From: Gemmatimonadota bacterium
Lineage (GTDB): Bacteria > Gemmatimonadota > Gemmatimonadetes > Gemmatimonadales > Gemmatimonadaceae
DNA: 64,000 nucleotides
Direction of reading: 5' to 3'
NCBI GenBank assembly: GCA_040389905.1
Contig: JAZJZK010000014.1
Span: 224,001-288,000 of the forward strand
The position numbers and the translations under genes were made by a program. This document shows, piece after piece, positions 12,701 to 22,079 of the stretch. Under the pieces are notes generated by a model. The model searched no databases, was not told where the DNA came from, and saw nothing but the letters and a program-made list of their open reading frames with translations. Position 1 is the first letter of the stretch. The number at the start of each line of letters is the position of its first letter.

Positions 12701-13709
12701 AGGATCGGTCGAGGGTGACATGGTCGCTCTGCGCGTCACGGACACGGGGCGAGGCATTTCACCGGACGAGATCACGGCGGTGTTCGAGCCCTTCCATCAG
12801 GTCGAGGGTTCCGCGCAGCGCCAGCAAGCCGGTACGGGACTTGGGCTCGCGCTCGCGCGCCATCTCGCCGAACTGCACGGTGGCCGTCTGTCCGTCGAGT
12901 CCACGCTTGGTGTGGGGAGCACTTTCGTGCTCATGCTCCCCCGCAGCGAGACGCGTGCGGGTCACAACAGCACTGTCACCCCGAGCGAGCCCATCGACTT
13001 GGCTCAGGGCAGGCTCCGCGAGTCGAGGGGTCTGCACCTCGCACCCGCAGCGGGCGAGGATGAGTCGATCAGCGAGGTCAGCGATGAAGGGCGCGGCGTC
13101 CGTGTTCTCGTCGTGGACGACGACGCGACAAACCGCCAGGTCATGCTCAACAGTCTCGTCATGCACGGCTACGAAGTCGTCACGGTCAACGGAGGAGAGG
13201 AGGCACTTGTCGCCATCGAGAGTGGCCCTCCCATCGACATCGTCCTGTTGGACGTCATGATGCCGAAGATGTCCGGTTACCAAACCTGCGAGCGCTTACG
13301 TCAAGCGCATCCAGCCCACGAGCTACCTGTCCTGTTCCTGACGGCACGCAATCAGTTGTCCGACATCGTCGACGGCTTCGAAGCCGGAGGCAACGACTAC
13401 TTGACCAAACCCGTCGCCAAGGCGGAGTTGCTCTCCCGGTTACGCACGCAGAGCCGACTGCTCAGTGCGAGCCGGAACCTCGAGTACCTGGTGACCGAGC
13501 GAACCGCTCAGGTGAAGACGCTGAGCGGTCTCTTGCCGATCTGCTCGCATTGCCACGCGATTCGGGATGCCGAAGGCTATTGGGAGCGGTTGGAGGCTTA
13601 CATGCGGCACCACTCCGACGCGACATTCAGCCACGGCATTTGCCCACCGTGCGTCGAGAAGCACTTTGGGGACCTGATGAAGGACACAGTGCCCGAGACT
13701 GCACCCTAG
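9717..13709 (+). CDS. Hybrid sensor histidine kinase (beta-propeller sensor, Y_Y_Y, HisKA, HATPase, REC, Cys-rich tail)
   Basis: Repeated D..G.lWiGT..GLnr blades, YTNLSPGTYTFRVRA, TM helix, ISHELRTPL, NAIKFT, GTGLGL, LLDVMMP receiver; the start could be 9732. Confidence 0.93.
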   Translation: MSAIFMKFSFPTHRRRGVAALSAALLATLPHQGGGQASTQRFQRVNTTQGLSQESGLSLAQDSLGFVWIGTYSGLNRYDGNGFVVFRHKPEDKSALHEGWVNQLTVDPSGYVWAGTYRGLSRFDPRTETFRTYMHDGADTSSLSNDRVEALIATADGQIWIGTASGLERLDPSTGHITRFRHDPRDPSSLGAGPVNALYADRSGRLWIATSASLNRWDAAAGAFVHFGVDSARARSAGDQRISAILESAPGKLWVGSRYGGLYLLDERTSSVRRFAHSRTDPNSLLDDDVLSLGEDARNNLWIGTPRGLDRLDTVTGRFVHHPVKPDDPFALPNSSVLSLLRDRTGVMWIGTNAGVTRLAPLNLAFTTYVGNPDKPSQLPAGAPWGLGEGADHRILIGAEGGLAWLDPRTDVVTHMPFRGAGEPAPWNFITAIENVPGDRLWVASRGGLGYIDPKRGAYVDFHWTTPPPNGARRISTFAQDTSGSLWVAPYGFGVVRVSPNRATWRSYVLDSLDKRSLSSNVVYVLHTDATGTTWAGTTDGLNRYDPKTDSFVRYTSVPDDTTTLSDGVIASLYRADAHTLWVGTARGLNRLNPVTGLVVRYNLDPSLPRDFINGILPGEGGILWLVSNHGIYRFDPRSGAAHAYQTQDGVLGNETQVNVSLRASDGRYYIPGTYGITAFSQRDLDAAAHSPAVVLTALRVSNEPVPVGSALLPRSLQFADDLTLTHQQRSFALEFSALEYGSAERSRFAYRLDGFDRDWVQTSTDNRRATYTNLSPGTYTFRVRAIDAGGARGEKEASLVVHIRPHPLASRWAYATYVLILVAGVLGWERNHRRRLTRERAVNTRLREVDRLKDEFLANISHELRTPLHGVIGMAESLRDGAAGALPAKARSDLGIVVTGARRLASLVNDILDFSKMRNAALRLDLGPVDLRCLTDGVTDLMRPLANEKGLVLRNDVAMDFSSVQADEGRVQQILYNLVGNAIKFTETGSVVISGSVEGDMVALRVTDTGRGISPDEITAVFEPFHQVEGSAQRQQAGTGLGLALARHLAELHGGRLSVESTLGVGSTFVLMLPRSETRAGHNSTVTPSEPIDLAQGRLRESRGLHLAPAAGEDESISEVSDEGRGVRVLVVDDDATNRQVMLNSLVMHGYEVVTVNGGEEALVAIESGPPIDIVLLDVMMPKMSGYQTCERLRQAHPAHELPVLFLTARNQLSDIVDGFEAGGNDYLTKPVAKAELLSRLRTQSRLLSASRNLEYLVTERTAQVKTLSGLLPICSHCHAIRDAEGYWERLEAYMRHHSDATFSHGICPPCVEKHFGDLMKDTVPETAP
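12974..13037 (+). repeat. REP-like element inside the kinase-receiver linker
   Basis: TGTCACCCCGAGCGA...AGTCGAGGGGTCTGCAC matches intergenic TGTCATCCCGAGCGAAGTCGAGGGATCTGCAC at 23624. Confidence 0.75.
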
Positions 13710-13726
13710 CCGACCCTCGCCGGTCC

Positions 13727-15736
13727 TTACGGCACCACAGGAATCCTTGGCTCGATCCGCACGATGAGCAATCCCGTATTCACATCGTTGATGTACGCGA
13801 GACCGTTTTTCACCACCACACCCCACGTCATCGTGTTGTTCGGAATGAAACCCTTCGGGTCGGACGGATAGACGTTCGCGATTTCGCGCTGCTGGGCACG
13901 GAGATCGCCGCGCAGCTCGCCGGAAATATCGAACGCTCGAAAACCGGCGTTGTACGCGCCCATGTACAGTGTGTCGCCCGCCACCCAGATGTTGTGCACG
14001 CCGCCCATCTCGGGTTCGTAGAATGCGACGGACTTCGGGTGCGCGATGTCGCTCACGTCCAGCACCTGCAACCGCCCGTACGCTCGGCTCGCCTGTTTCT
14101 CCTCGAGCGCCATGATGTCCTTGTTCGTGAACACTTCGTCGGCAATGAAGACGTACTTGCCATGGCGCCACGCCGTGTGCGTTCCGCGAATGTACCCTGG
14201 CCCGCCCACCGCCTCGACCGGCTTGTACAACTCGTCCAGGTTGTACTTGTATTGCGAGACAAGCTGCGGATTCGACGGTGAACCACCCTTGATGCCGGCA
14301 CCGATGTCGAGCATCACCAGCCCGTCGTTCCAATAGCTCGCGTAGACCATCCCGTCGCGCACGTCGATGTCGTGCAGCATGCGCCCCGCATCGCTGCGGT
14401 TCGTCTGCCACAGCGCCACCTGCTTGGGGTGCGCCGGATCGTTGATGTCGATGATGTGCAGTGCCCCAGTACCGTCGTTCGTCAGGTACACGTGACGCCC
14501 GAACTTGGGCTGCGAGTAGATGTAGGCTGAGTGGACGCCCGCCGTTACGCCGTCCGTGAACTCGCCGACGACTTTCGGATGCAACGGATCATCGAGCGTC
14601 GCGATGACGATGCCGTTCTTGCGATTGTCCGCGCCTTCGCGGGTAATCACCATGACCTTGCCGTCTTCCGACGTCATGATGTCGTTGATGGTGCGGGCGT
14701 TCACGACGACGGAATCGACGATCGCTGCCTTCGAGGGGTCGGAGACATCGATGACGTACACGCGGTCGCCACCGAGGATCGTTCCGAGATACGCGACCTT
14801 GCCGTTCGGATGCACCCAGACTTCCGACGTGGCGAGTGAACTGCGAATCACTGAGCCAACCACCGTGGCAGGGCGCCGAACGTCGCGCGCCGCCAATGTC
14901 ACCGTCGTCTGCGCCACGTTACGCCCGAGCAGAGCTGTCACCGTATACGTGCCGGCGTCGTAGCCCACGAATACGCCGTCGGCGTCGAGTTCTCCCTTGC
15001 CCGGCGAGAAGACCCACGATGGAGTCAGGCCCGCGATCTCCTTTCCAGCCGCGTCCTTCGCCACGACCTTGAAGTTGATGACATCGCCGGTGCGGGCCTG
15101 TGGCTTCGACGGTGTCACGCTGAGCGACGCGATGGGCGTCCCCACTACTGTGACGCTGAGCGACTGCTTGACGGCACCGACCGCCGCCGTGATCGTCGCC
15201 GAACCCGCGGCGGTGGCGCTGATCGCACCACTGCGATCGACGCTCGCGATGGCTGGTGCAGAGCTCGTCCATGTCACTGCGTCGTCGCGACTGTCGCCGG
15301 CCTTCGAGAAGACGCGTGCGGTGGCGGCCACCGTTTGGCGCGGCACGAGTTTGAGCGACGCGGCTGACAGGGCAATCGACGCCGCGGGGCCAGGGACGAT
15401 CTTCACGTCGATGCGCGCGATGACCGGCTTTGACCCAGGCTGAATCGCGGACACAACCACGGGAATCGTGCTGACCGATCCGGCCATGACTAAGCCGGTG
15501 CTGTCGACGGTGCCTTGAAATGGGAAATCCTGCTGCTGAAAGCGAATGCGAACACCGGTCACCGGCTTGCCATCTTTGTCGAGCGCCGCCGCCTTCAATT
15601 GCAGCGTTTCACCCGCAACGACACGCGCCGGCGACGGCGTCACGGTCACGCGCACGACGCCTTGCGCGGCAAGCGAGATCGGCAACGCGGCCAACGCGAG
15701 GAGCGTGGCGGTGGCGCGGAACGTGGCGTAATTCAT
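13727..15736 (-). CDS. Secreted Ig-like domain (Big_2) plus LVIVD-repeat beta-propeller protein
   Basis: Signal peptide; VTWTSSAPAIASV Ig motif; repeated VIDVSDP/IIDINDP/VLDVSD with His-containing blades. Confidence 0.85.
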   Translation of the reverse strand: MNYATFRATATLLALAALPISLAAQGVVRVTVTPSPARVVAGETLQLKAAALDKDGKPVTGVRIRFQQQDFPFQGTVDSTGLVMAGSVSTIPVVVSAIQPGSKPVIARIDVKIVPGPAASIALSAASLKLVPRQTVAATARVFSKAGDSRDDAVTWTSSAPAIASVDRSGAISATAAGSATITAAVGAVKQSLSVTVVGTPIASLSVTPSKPQARTGDVINFKVVAKDAAGKEIAGLTPSWVFSPGKGELDADGVFVGYDAGTYTVTALLGRNVAQTTVTLAARDVRRPATVVGSVIRSSLATSEVWVHPNGKVAYLGTILGGDRVYVIDVSDPSKAAIVDSVVVNARTINDIMTSEDGKVMVITREGADNRKNGIVIATLDDPLHPKVVGEFTDGVTAGVHSAYIYSQPKFGRHVYLTNDGTGALHIIDINDPAHPKQVALWQTNRSDAGRMLHDIDVRDGMVYASYWNDGLVMLDIGAGIKGGSPSNPQLVSQYKYNLDELYKPVEAVGGPGYIRGTHTAWRHGKYVFIADEVFTNKDIMALEEKQASRAYGRLQVLDVSDIAHPKSVAFYEPEMGGVHNIWVAGDTLYMGAYNAGFRAFDISGELRGDLRAQQREIANVYPSDPKGFIPNNTMTWGVVVKNGLAYINDVNTGLLIVRIEPRIPVVP

Positions 15737-15869
15737 GGTACGATTCCCGTCTTGAGGTTCGATCGCTGTCCAGTGGATTGAATTGGCTTCGGATGCCTCC
15801 GGAGCGCAAGCTCGCGAACGCGCCGTCATCGCGGTAGACTGTCGCCGCCCCCGTCGACATCGAGACCTT

Positions 15870-17291
15870 ATGATTGCCGTGACCAGGCTACCGCGATTCG
15901 GACTGCTCGTCGCCGCTGGAATGGCATGTGGACACGTCGGCCAGACGTCCGCCCCCGCGCCGCTCGCTCCGAACATCCTCCTCATTCAGGCCGACGACCT
16001 CGGCTACGGCGACGTGAGCGCGTACGGCCAGTCGAATTTCTCTACGCCCGCGCTCGATCGTCTCGCCGCTGAGGGGATTCGCTTTACGCAGTACTACGCC
16101 GGCAGCACGGTGTGCGCTCCCTCGCGCGCCGCGCTCATGACTGGGCGGCACACTGGCCACCTGTCAGTGCGCGGAAACGGCGCACTCCCTGAGGGCGACG
16201 TGCCGCTACGCGAGGAGGACGTAACAATCGCCGAGGTTTTGCGGAGCGCGGGCTATCGGACGGCCGTCGTGGGCAAGTGGGGAATCGGCCAGCTCGGCAG
16301 CTCTGGGGAGCCGAACAAGCATGGATTCGACCACGCGTTCGGCTTCCTCGACAATCGTCACGCGCACCGCCAGTTCACAGATCACCTGTGGCGCAACGGC
16401 GAGCGTGTCGCGGTCGACGTCGAGCGTGACTACGTCAACGATCTGTTTACGAAAGAGGCTGCGTCGTTCATCAGCCGGAGTGACAACCGTCCGTTCTTCG
16501 TCTATCTGAACTACACCGTTCCGCACGCAGAGCTTCGCGTCCCCGACGAATCGCTCGCGCCGTTCATCGGGCGTTTTCCGGAGCGCCCCTTCGCGAACCC
16601 AGCCGCCGACGCGCGGCCGACGGGCTCGCGCGCCGACGCCCCATCGCTCGGCTATCGTTCGCAGCCCACACCGAGGGCCGCCTTCGCGGGGATGATCACT
16701 CGGATGGATCGTGACATCGGCCGTCTCGTGGACCTCGTGCGCACGAGGGGCATCGAACGACAGACGCTGGTGTTGTTCGTCAGCGACAATGGTCCGCACA
16801 GCGAGGGCGGCGGAGATCCGGCATTCTTCAAGAGCAGCGGTGGCTTGCGCGGCATCAAGCGCGATCTGTACGAGGGCGGCATCCGCGTCCCGATGATCGC
16901 ACGGTGGACGGGCACGATCCCCGCCGGGCGCGTGAGCAATCACGCATGGGCACACTGGGATATGCTGCCGACGCTCGCAGAACTCGCCGGCGCTCGAACG
17001 CCTACGGGACTTGATGGTGTTTCGATGACGGCTGCACTGCGTGGCGTGGCGGCGCCGGTGCATCCGTTCATGTATTGGGAATTTCACGAGCGCGGCTTTC
17101 AGCAGGCGGTGCGCATGGATCGCTGGAAGGCCGTGCGGCTGTCGGCCAATGCGCAGCTCGAGCTGTACGACCTCGCCGCCGACCCGCGCGAGGAGCGCGA
17201 CGTGGCCACGTCGAACCCGCGCGTGGTGGCGACAATCGAGGAGTACCTCCGTACGGCGCGTACAGCGTCCGACCGCTGGCCGGTACCGTAA
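15870..17291 (+). CDS. Arylsulfatase (Cys-type)
   Basis: PNILLIQADDLGYGD, CAPSRAALMTGR (CxPxR), GKW, SDNG, KRDLYEGGIRVP. Confidence 0.95.
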   Translation: MIAVTRLPRFGLLVAAGMACGHVGQTSAPAPLAPNILLIQADDLGYGDVSAYGQSNFSTPALDRLAAEGIRFTQYYAGSTVCAPSRAALMTGRHTGHLSVRGNGALPEGDVPLREEDVTIAEVLRSAGYRTAVVGKWGIGQLGSSGEPNKHGFDHAFGFLDNRHAHRQFTDHLWRNGERVAVDVERDYVNDLFTKEAASFISRSDNRPFFVYLNYTVPHAELRVPDESLAPFIGRFPERPFANPAADARPTGSRADAPSLGYRSQPTPRAAFAGMITRMDRDIGRLVDLVRTRGIERQTLVLFVSDNGPHSEGGGDPAFFKSSGGLRGIKRDLYEGGIRVPMIARWTGTIPAGRVSNHAWAHWDMLPTLAELAGARTPTGLDGVSMTAALRGVAAPVHPFMYWEFHERGFQQAVRMDRWKAVRLSANAQLELYDLAADPREERDVATSNPRVVATIEEYLRTARTASDRWPVP

Positions 17292-17292
17292 C

Positions 17293-17804
17293 TCACTGCA
17301 CTGGCATTCTTCGCAGCGCTTCGATGCTTTCGAGAATGTCGAGAAGGTGCGCCTCCACGTACTGACGTCCCTTCTCGCGCGTGGCCAGCGTTGCGTCGCC
17401 GTAAATACCCGTGCGCGACCACGTCTTTCCGTCGCGCACGGACATTGCCGAATCGCGTGCCAGACCGCCGGCACCCGGGTGATAATCGTTCGCCGCCTTC
17501 GTCATGTCGACGAACTGCGGATACATGTAGAGGAGCATCGACGTTTCCATCTCGTCGGCGTGCGTTCCGCCGGGCTGCTTCGAGATTGCCGTGCGCACCG
17601 AATCCGTGCGGCGTCCGCCATCGGTGTACGTCAGCATGATGCCGTTCGCATGAAGGGCAAATCGAGCACTTTCCCCGCTTCGACCCACGACAGGTCCGCG
17701 AGCCGAATGCCGGCCGGCCGGGGGCGTGACTGCGCGGCCGCGGCGAGCGAGGAACACGCGCTGAGCACGGCGACAAGCATGGTGGTGCGACGGATCGAAA
17801 GCAT
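17293..17804 (-). pseudogene. Creatininase-family amidohydrolase with internal deletion and frameshift
   Basis: N-terminal frame has a signal peptide and RLADLSWVEA; a different frame has GGTHADEMETS...GIYGDATLATREKG; the central metal-binding segment is absent; junction near 17660. Confidence 0.75.
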
Positions 17805-17871
17805 GAGACATACTGCGGCTACTCTCGGATTACGGCAACTCGATCCGTTCAACGCTCGCGATGCAGCCAAT

Positions 17872-18215
17872 TCATCCGGTTTTCAATCCCTGCGCGACGA
17901 TCCCGGATATCGCGGCGGCTAAAATGAGTAGCGGCTCAGGGATTCGTCGCGTCCGCGTCAGCACGAGGAGCGCAACCATCGCGATGATCACCGTCGTGAC
18001 ATCCATAAGGGCCCGGCGACCGAGTACGAACGCCGCCCCAGCGATCGCGCCCGTCGCAGCCGCCGTGATGCCATCCACGAACGCGCGGATACGCGGATTC
18101 GTCTTGAGACGATCATAGTGCGGGGCAAGCACGATCGTGCTGACGTAGACCGGTGCGAAGACGCCGACCGCCGCCGTCGCACCGGAGAGACATCGCGAGT
18201 TGCGCCGCTAACGGA
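17872..18215 (-). pseudogene. chrA: Chromate transporter ChrA remnant
   Basis: GPLAAQLAM fragment joined out of frame to GVFAPVY...FVDGITAAATGAIAGAA...IPEPLLILAA; directly downstream of chrB. Confidence 0.75.
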
Positions 18216-18241
18216 CCGAGGGCCGGGCCGTTTTGGGCGAC

Positions 18242-19219
18242 TCAGCCAGGCGCACGTGACGCCGCTGCGCGCGCAGCCTCGACGGTAAACAGTGCGTACA
18301 GGTCGTCGAAGAGTTGCGAGCCCCGCTCCAGACGCGCGACATCGTCCGCGTGCGCCGCGGCGATCGAGGAGAGCACGCGCTCGATGCCCGATGTGTCATC
18401 GCGGCCAAACTTCTCGTCCTTGAGGTCGATGTCGTGAACGATCTCCGCGATCGCCTGGAGCGCGGAATCAGCAAGACCGAAACGTTGGAGAAGCGTTTCA
18501 AAGGTGCATCGATCGCCTTCATGCGAGAACTCACCCTCGAACATGTCGAAGCGAAGCGCTCCGGCGATGCGGCGCCGTTGCCCCTCCGACACGAACATGA
18601 AGCGCGCGTCCGTATCGATGAAGCGGCGAATGAGCCAGGCACTCGCGATGCGGTCGACGAAGACGCCGCTCCGCGTAACCCACGTGCGGCCGTGATACGC
18701 GCCGCGGTCGGCCTCCTGGGTGGCTGTCGGTGTGACGACAGCAGTTGGCTCTGCTTCCTTCTCGAGTGAACGCAACGCCGACTCGGCGTCCGCTCGTCCC
18801 TCGGCGCCGAAGAAATCGATCGAGATGATCGAGGAAAGACGCTTTCGCAGGCGCGCCAGTTCGTCCTGCGGTCGAGCGGACGTCGACGCGTCGCGGGCCG
18901 ACTCGGCAATGCTCGCATAGTCGGTGTCACGCGCAGCGCGAAAGAGATGCCTGATCTGATCGTCGGTCAGACCATCCATGAAACTGGCACGGCAAATCGA
19001 CGCATCGCCTCCGCCCTCGATCACCTCCGCGCGCACCCACTGGAAGTCTTCCAGCGACTGAGACCGATCGGGGAGCACGTACACCGAGTTCTTCACCGCG
19101 ACCGCACCGATGCGCTGAACGCGACGACCGATTTTCACTCGCAAGTAGTCCGGCTTGGGAGGAATCTGGTGGATCAGCAGCAGCCACAAGTCGCGATCGG
19201 TACCGTCCGCGGCGCTCAT
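18242..19219 (-). CDS. chrB: Chromate resistance protein ChrB
   Basis: WLLLIHQIPPKPDYLRVK, WVTR..VDRIASAWLIRRFID, HEGDRCTFE, HDIDLKD. Confidence 0.9.
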   Translation of the reverse strand: MSAADGTDRDLWLLLIHQIPPKPDYLRVKIGRRVQRIGAVAVKNSVYVLPDRSQSLEDFQWVRAEVIEGGGDASICRASFMDGLTDDQIRHLFRAARDTDYASIAESARDASTSARPQDELARLRKRLSSIISIDFFGAEGRADAESALRSLEKEAEPTAVVTPTATQEADRGAYHGRTWVTRSGVFVDRIASAWLIRRFIDTDARFMFVSEGQRRRIAGALRFDMFEGEFSHEGDRCTFETLLQRFGLADSALQAIAEIVHDIDLKDEKFGRDDTSGIERVLSSIAAAHADDVARLERGSQLFDDLYALFTVEAARAAASRAPG

Positions 19220-20262
19220 GCGTCGAGGCTCCCAAGCGCGATCGCTCGGCCAACCCCGGTCGCGAGCGCTCGCTCGTAGACCAGCGCCGCCAGCGCAACA
19301 TCCTGAAGGGCAGTCCCGGTGCTGTCGAATACGATGATCTCATCGGCTGCGAGGCGCCCCGGTTTTTTGCCCGCCACGATCTCGCCCAATTCTGCGCGCA
19401 CCGCCTCGCGCTGCATGACGCCTGAGTTCAACGCGTGGTGAAGGTCCCCGATCGTTGCGCTCTGCTCGAGGATGTCCGCGACGACGACGCTGGCCGCCAG
19501 TAGTTCCGGCTCGATCTCCTGCTTGTCCGGATTGTCGGCACCCACCGCAGCGACGAATGCGCCGGGTGCGACGTGCGCTCGGCCGAGGAACCAGTGACGT
19601 GCGGGCGTGCAGGTGATCCAGATCGTGGCCGTCCGCGCGTCGCCGTCGAGCGAGTCGATCACGGCGACGTCCACCCCGAGTTCCGATGTCATGTCCGCGG
19701 CGAAGCGCACCGCGCGCTCGGCGTTGAGATCGAACGCCATGACGCGTTCGAGCGTGCGTACGCAGGCCAATGCACGAAGCTGGCTTCGTGCCTGTTCACC
19801 ACACCCGCAGATGACGACGACGGCAGTCTCTCGCGCGAGGTATTTCGCCGCGACGGCGGTGGCCGCCGCCGTCCGCAGAATCGTGATCTCGATGGAGTCG
19901 AGCAGCGCCAACAACCGCCCGTCGGCCGCGTCGAACAGCGCGATCACGCCCTGAATCGTCGGCAGCCCGCTTCTCTCCGGATTTCCTGGGAAGTTGGCGT
20001 TGATCTTCGACGCAAATACCGGCCGACCGTCCGCTCCGGCGAACAACCCGGCCGCCTTCACGTGAAATCCGCCGCCGTCCACGTGGACGCCGAGCATCGC
20101 CGGGGGAATGGCGCGGCCCAGGGCGTGGGCGAGAAACGCGCGCTCGACGGCGTCGACGCATTCCGCCATGCGGAGGAGTCTCGCGACCTCCCCGCGACGA
20201 AGAACAAGGGTACTGGACGACCCGGCCGGGAACCCGCCCGTTGGATGGTGAGTCATGGCCAC
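19216..20262 (-). CDS. Ornithine cyclodeaminase/mu-crystallin family protein
   Basis: FPGNP, ITILRTAAATAVA, GCGEQA, VGAD...QE, FDSTGTALQD; overlaps the chrB start. Confidence 0.9.
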   Translation of the reverse strand: MAMTHHPTGGFPAGSSSTLVLRRGEVARLLRMAECVDAVERAFLAHALGRAIPPAMLGVHVDGGGFHVKAAGLFAGADGRPVFASKINANFPGNPERSGLPTIQGVIALFDAADGRLLALLDSIEITILRTAAATAVAAKYLARETAVVVICGCGEQARSQLRALACVRTLERVMAFDLNAERAVRFAADMTSELGVDVAVIDSLDGDARTATIWITCTPARHWFLGRAHVAPGAFVAAVGADNPDKQEIEPELLAASVVVADILEQSATIGDLHHALNSGVMQREAVRAELGEIVAGKKPGRLAADEIIVFDSTGTALQDVALAALVYERALATGVGRAIALGSLDA

Positions 20263-20435
20263 ATGCTAATATCACAACTGAATCATTGCAAATCTCGCCA
20301 TGTGGGTGAGTCTGTCATCACGAGTGAAGTCGACGACGCCGCGCGCTCCGTCTGGGTTTTCTCCTTCCGTACAACTATTATCACAGTTGAAGCACAGTCA
20401 GTTTCGTGACGGGGCTCTGCCAACTCGGAGAACAC

Positions 20436-21359
20436 ATGACCAGCCACATCCTTCGTCGTTCGTCGCTCGCCCGTGGTGCTGCCTTGGCATCGGTGCTCAC
20501 GTTCGCATCGCGCAGCGTGCAGGCACAGTCATGGGCCCCTGTCGAACAGGCCTTCGGTCGAGCCGGCATCGCGCAGCCCGGCGACGTCATGCGATTCAAC
20601 TTCCCGCGTCGCGATCTGCGCGTCACCGTTGGCGACGTTCAGGTACGTCCCGCCTTCGCGCTGGGCTCGTGGGTGGCCTTCAAGCGGATGCCGGATGGAC
20701 AAGCCATGGCGATGGGCGACCTCGTACTCACCGACAACGAGATCAATCCGGTCATCTCGGCGCTCCAGAAGGGTGGCGTGGAGCAGAGTGCGCTGCACAA
20801 CCACATCGTCGGTGGAACGCCTAACACGATGTACCTGCACATCAGTGCGCATGGCAAAGAGATCGATATCGCCCGCGCGATCCGGCGAGCACTGGAAACG
20901 ACCGGCACGCCGCTCGACACCGTTGCGGCCGGTCCCGCCGCCTCTTTCAATCTCGATACGGCGGCCGTCGCCAAGGCGCTCGGTTACGCCGGCCGAGTGA
21001 ACGGCGGCGTGTACCAGGTGAACGTGGCCCGCGCTGAGACGATCATGCAGGACGGACACGAGGTGCCCGCGTCGATGGGCCTGACGACCGCGATCAACTT
21101 CCAGCCAACGGGCGGTGGCAAGTCGGCGATTACCGGCGATTTCGTGATGATCGGGACAGAGGTCAATCCGGTCATTCGTGCGCTGCGGGAAAACGGGATC
21201 GGCGTCACCGCGGTGCACAGCCACATGATCGGCGAGACGCCGCGCCTCTACTTCATGCACTTCTGGGCCAACGACGATGCGGTCAAGCTCGCGCGCGGTT
21301 TGAGTGCGGCGCTGGCAAAGACGAACTCAGCAAAACCGACGGTTTCGAAGACGCCGTGA
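20436..21359 (+). CDS. DUF1259 (LppY/LpqO-like) duplicated-domain secreted protein
   Basis: Two repeats with GDLVL...EINPV...ALHNH...YLH and GDFVM...EVNPV...AVHSH...FMHFW. Confidence 0.85.
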   Translation: MTSHILRRSSLARGAALASVLTFASRSVQAQSWAPVEQAFGRAGIAQPGDVMRFNFPRRDLRVTVGDVQVRPAFALGSWVAFKRMPDGQAMAMGDLVLTDNEINPVISALQKGGVEQSALHNHIVGGTPNTMYLHISAHGKEIDIARAIRRALETTGTPLDTVAAGPAASFNLDTAAVAKALGYAGRVNGGVYQVNVARAETIMQDGHEVPASMGLTTAINFQPTGGGKSAITGDFVMIGTEVNPVIRALRENGIGVTAVHSHMIGETPRLYFMHFWANDDAVKLARGLSAALAKTNSAKPTVSKTP

Positions 21360-21518
21360 CGTGCGCGCGCAAGGATCACGATTCGTAGTAAACTGCCGCC
21401 GCCTTCCTGAATGGGCCCGCCATCACTGTCTCAACGTTTGGATACAATTGCACGTTAGGAGCATAGTGACCCGTCGAGGCTGCACGTCAGGAACGCCGAA
21501 CGCTCCAGGGAAGGTTCT

Positions 21519-21908
21519 ATGCGCCGTCACCTGTTCGCTATCGCGGCACTGAGTGTGTCCGCTCTCACCGGTTGCGCCACGCTGGGCAACCCCGTCTCGA
21601 ATAGCAGGCCGATCGCCGCTGGCTCGATGGAGCGCGCGCTTAAGGCCACTGTCATCGCAGCGACATCCACCGACTGGGTGCCCAAGACGATTTCCGCCGA
21701 GGCCGGGTACGTCATGGCCGAGCGTGGCGATCCTCGCGTTGATCCGTATCGCCTCGAGGTGATGATCCCTGAGGGCGGCGCCGGATCTCTCAACGTGAAG
21801 GTGACACCGCTGGCAGGCCGGAGAGAGAACGTCGGTTCGGAAGACGGCGCATCCGATCTGGCAAAGAAATTCCTCGAGGCATTCGAGCGGGCAATCGCGC
21901 CGCGGTAG
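21519..21908 (+). CDS. Hypothetical lipoprotein
   Basis: LTGC lipobox; purine-rich GGGAAGG upstream. Confidence 0.65.
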   Translation: MRRHLFAIAALSVSALTGCATLGNPVSNSRPIAAGSMERALKATVIAATSTDWVPKTISAEAGYVMAERGDPRVDPYRLEVMIPEGGAGSLNVKVTPLAGRRENVGSEDGASDLAKKFLEAFERAIAPR

Positions 21909-22079
21909 CGACTGCGAATTCCTTCGACGACCGGGCTGCATCCAAGCGCCTGGCGCGAGGCGCCTCGATCGCTTGAAACGATGGTGGCGTGCAGCGCAAA
22001 ACTGGCGTGAGCCGTTTCTTGCGAAGTTCTCGCGTTACTGAGGAAGCGTTCCTCTTCCCCTCTATCGCACAGAATCTCC

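Noticed and set aside
21880..21900. Possible att duplication of the tRNA-Gly 3' end (GAGCGGGC)
   Set aside because: Only about 8 bp, inside a CDS, and expected by chance; no integrase seen
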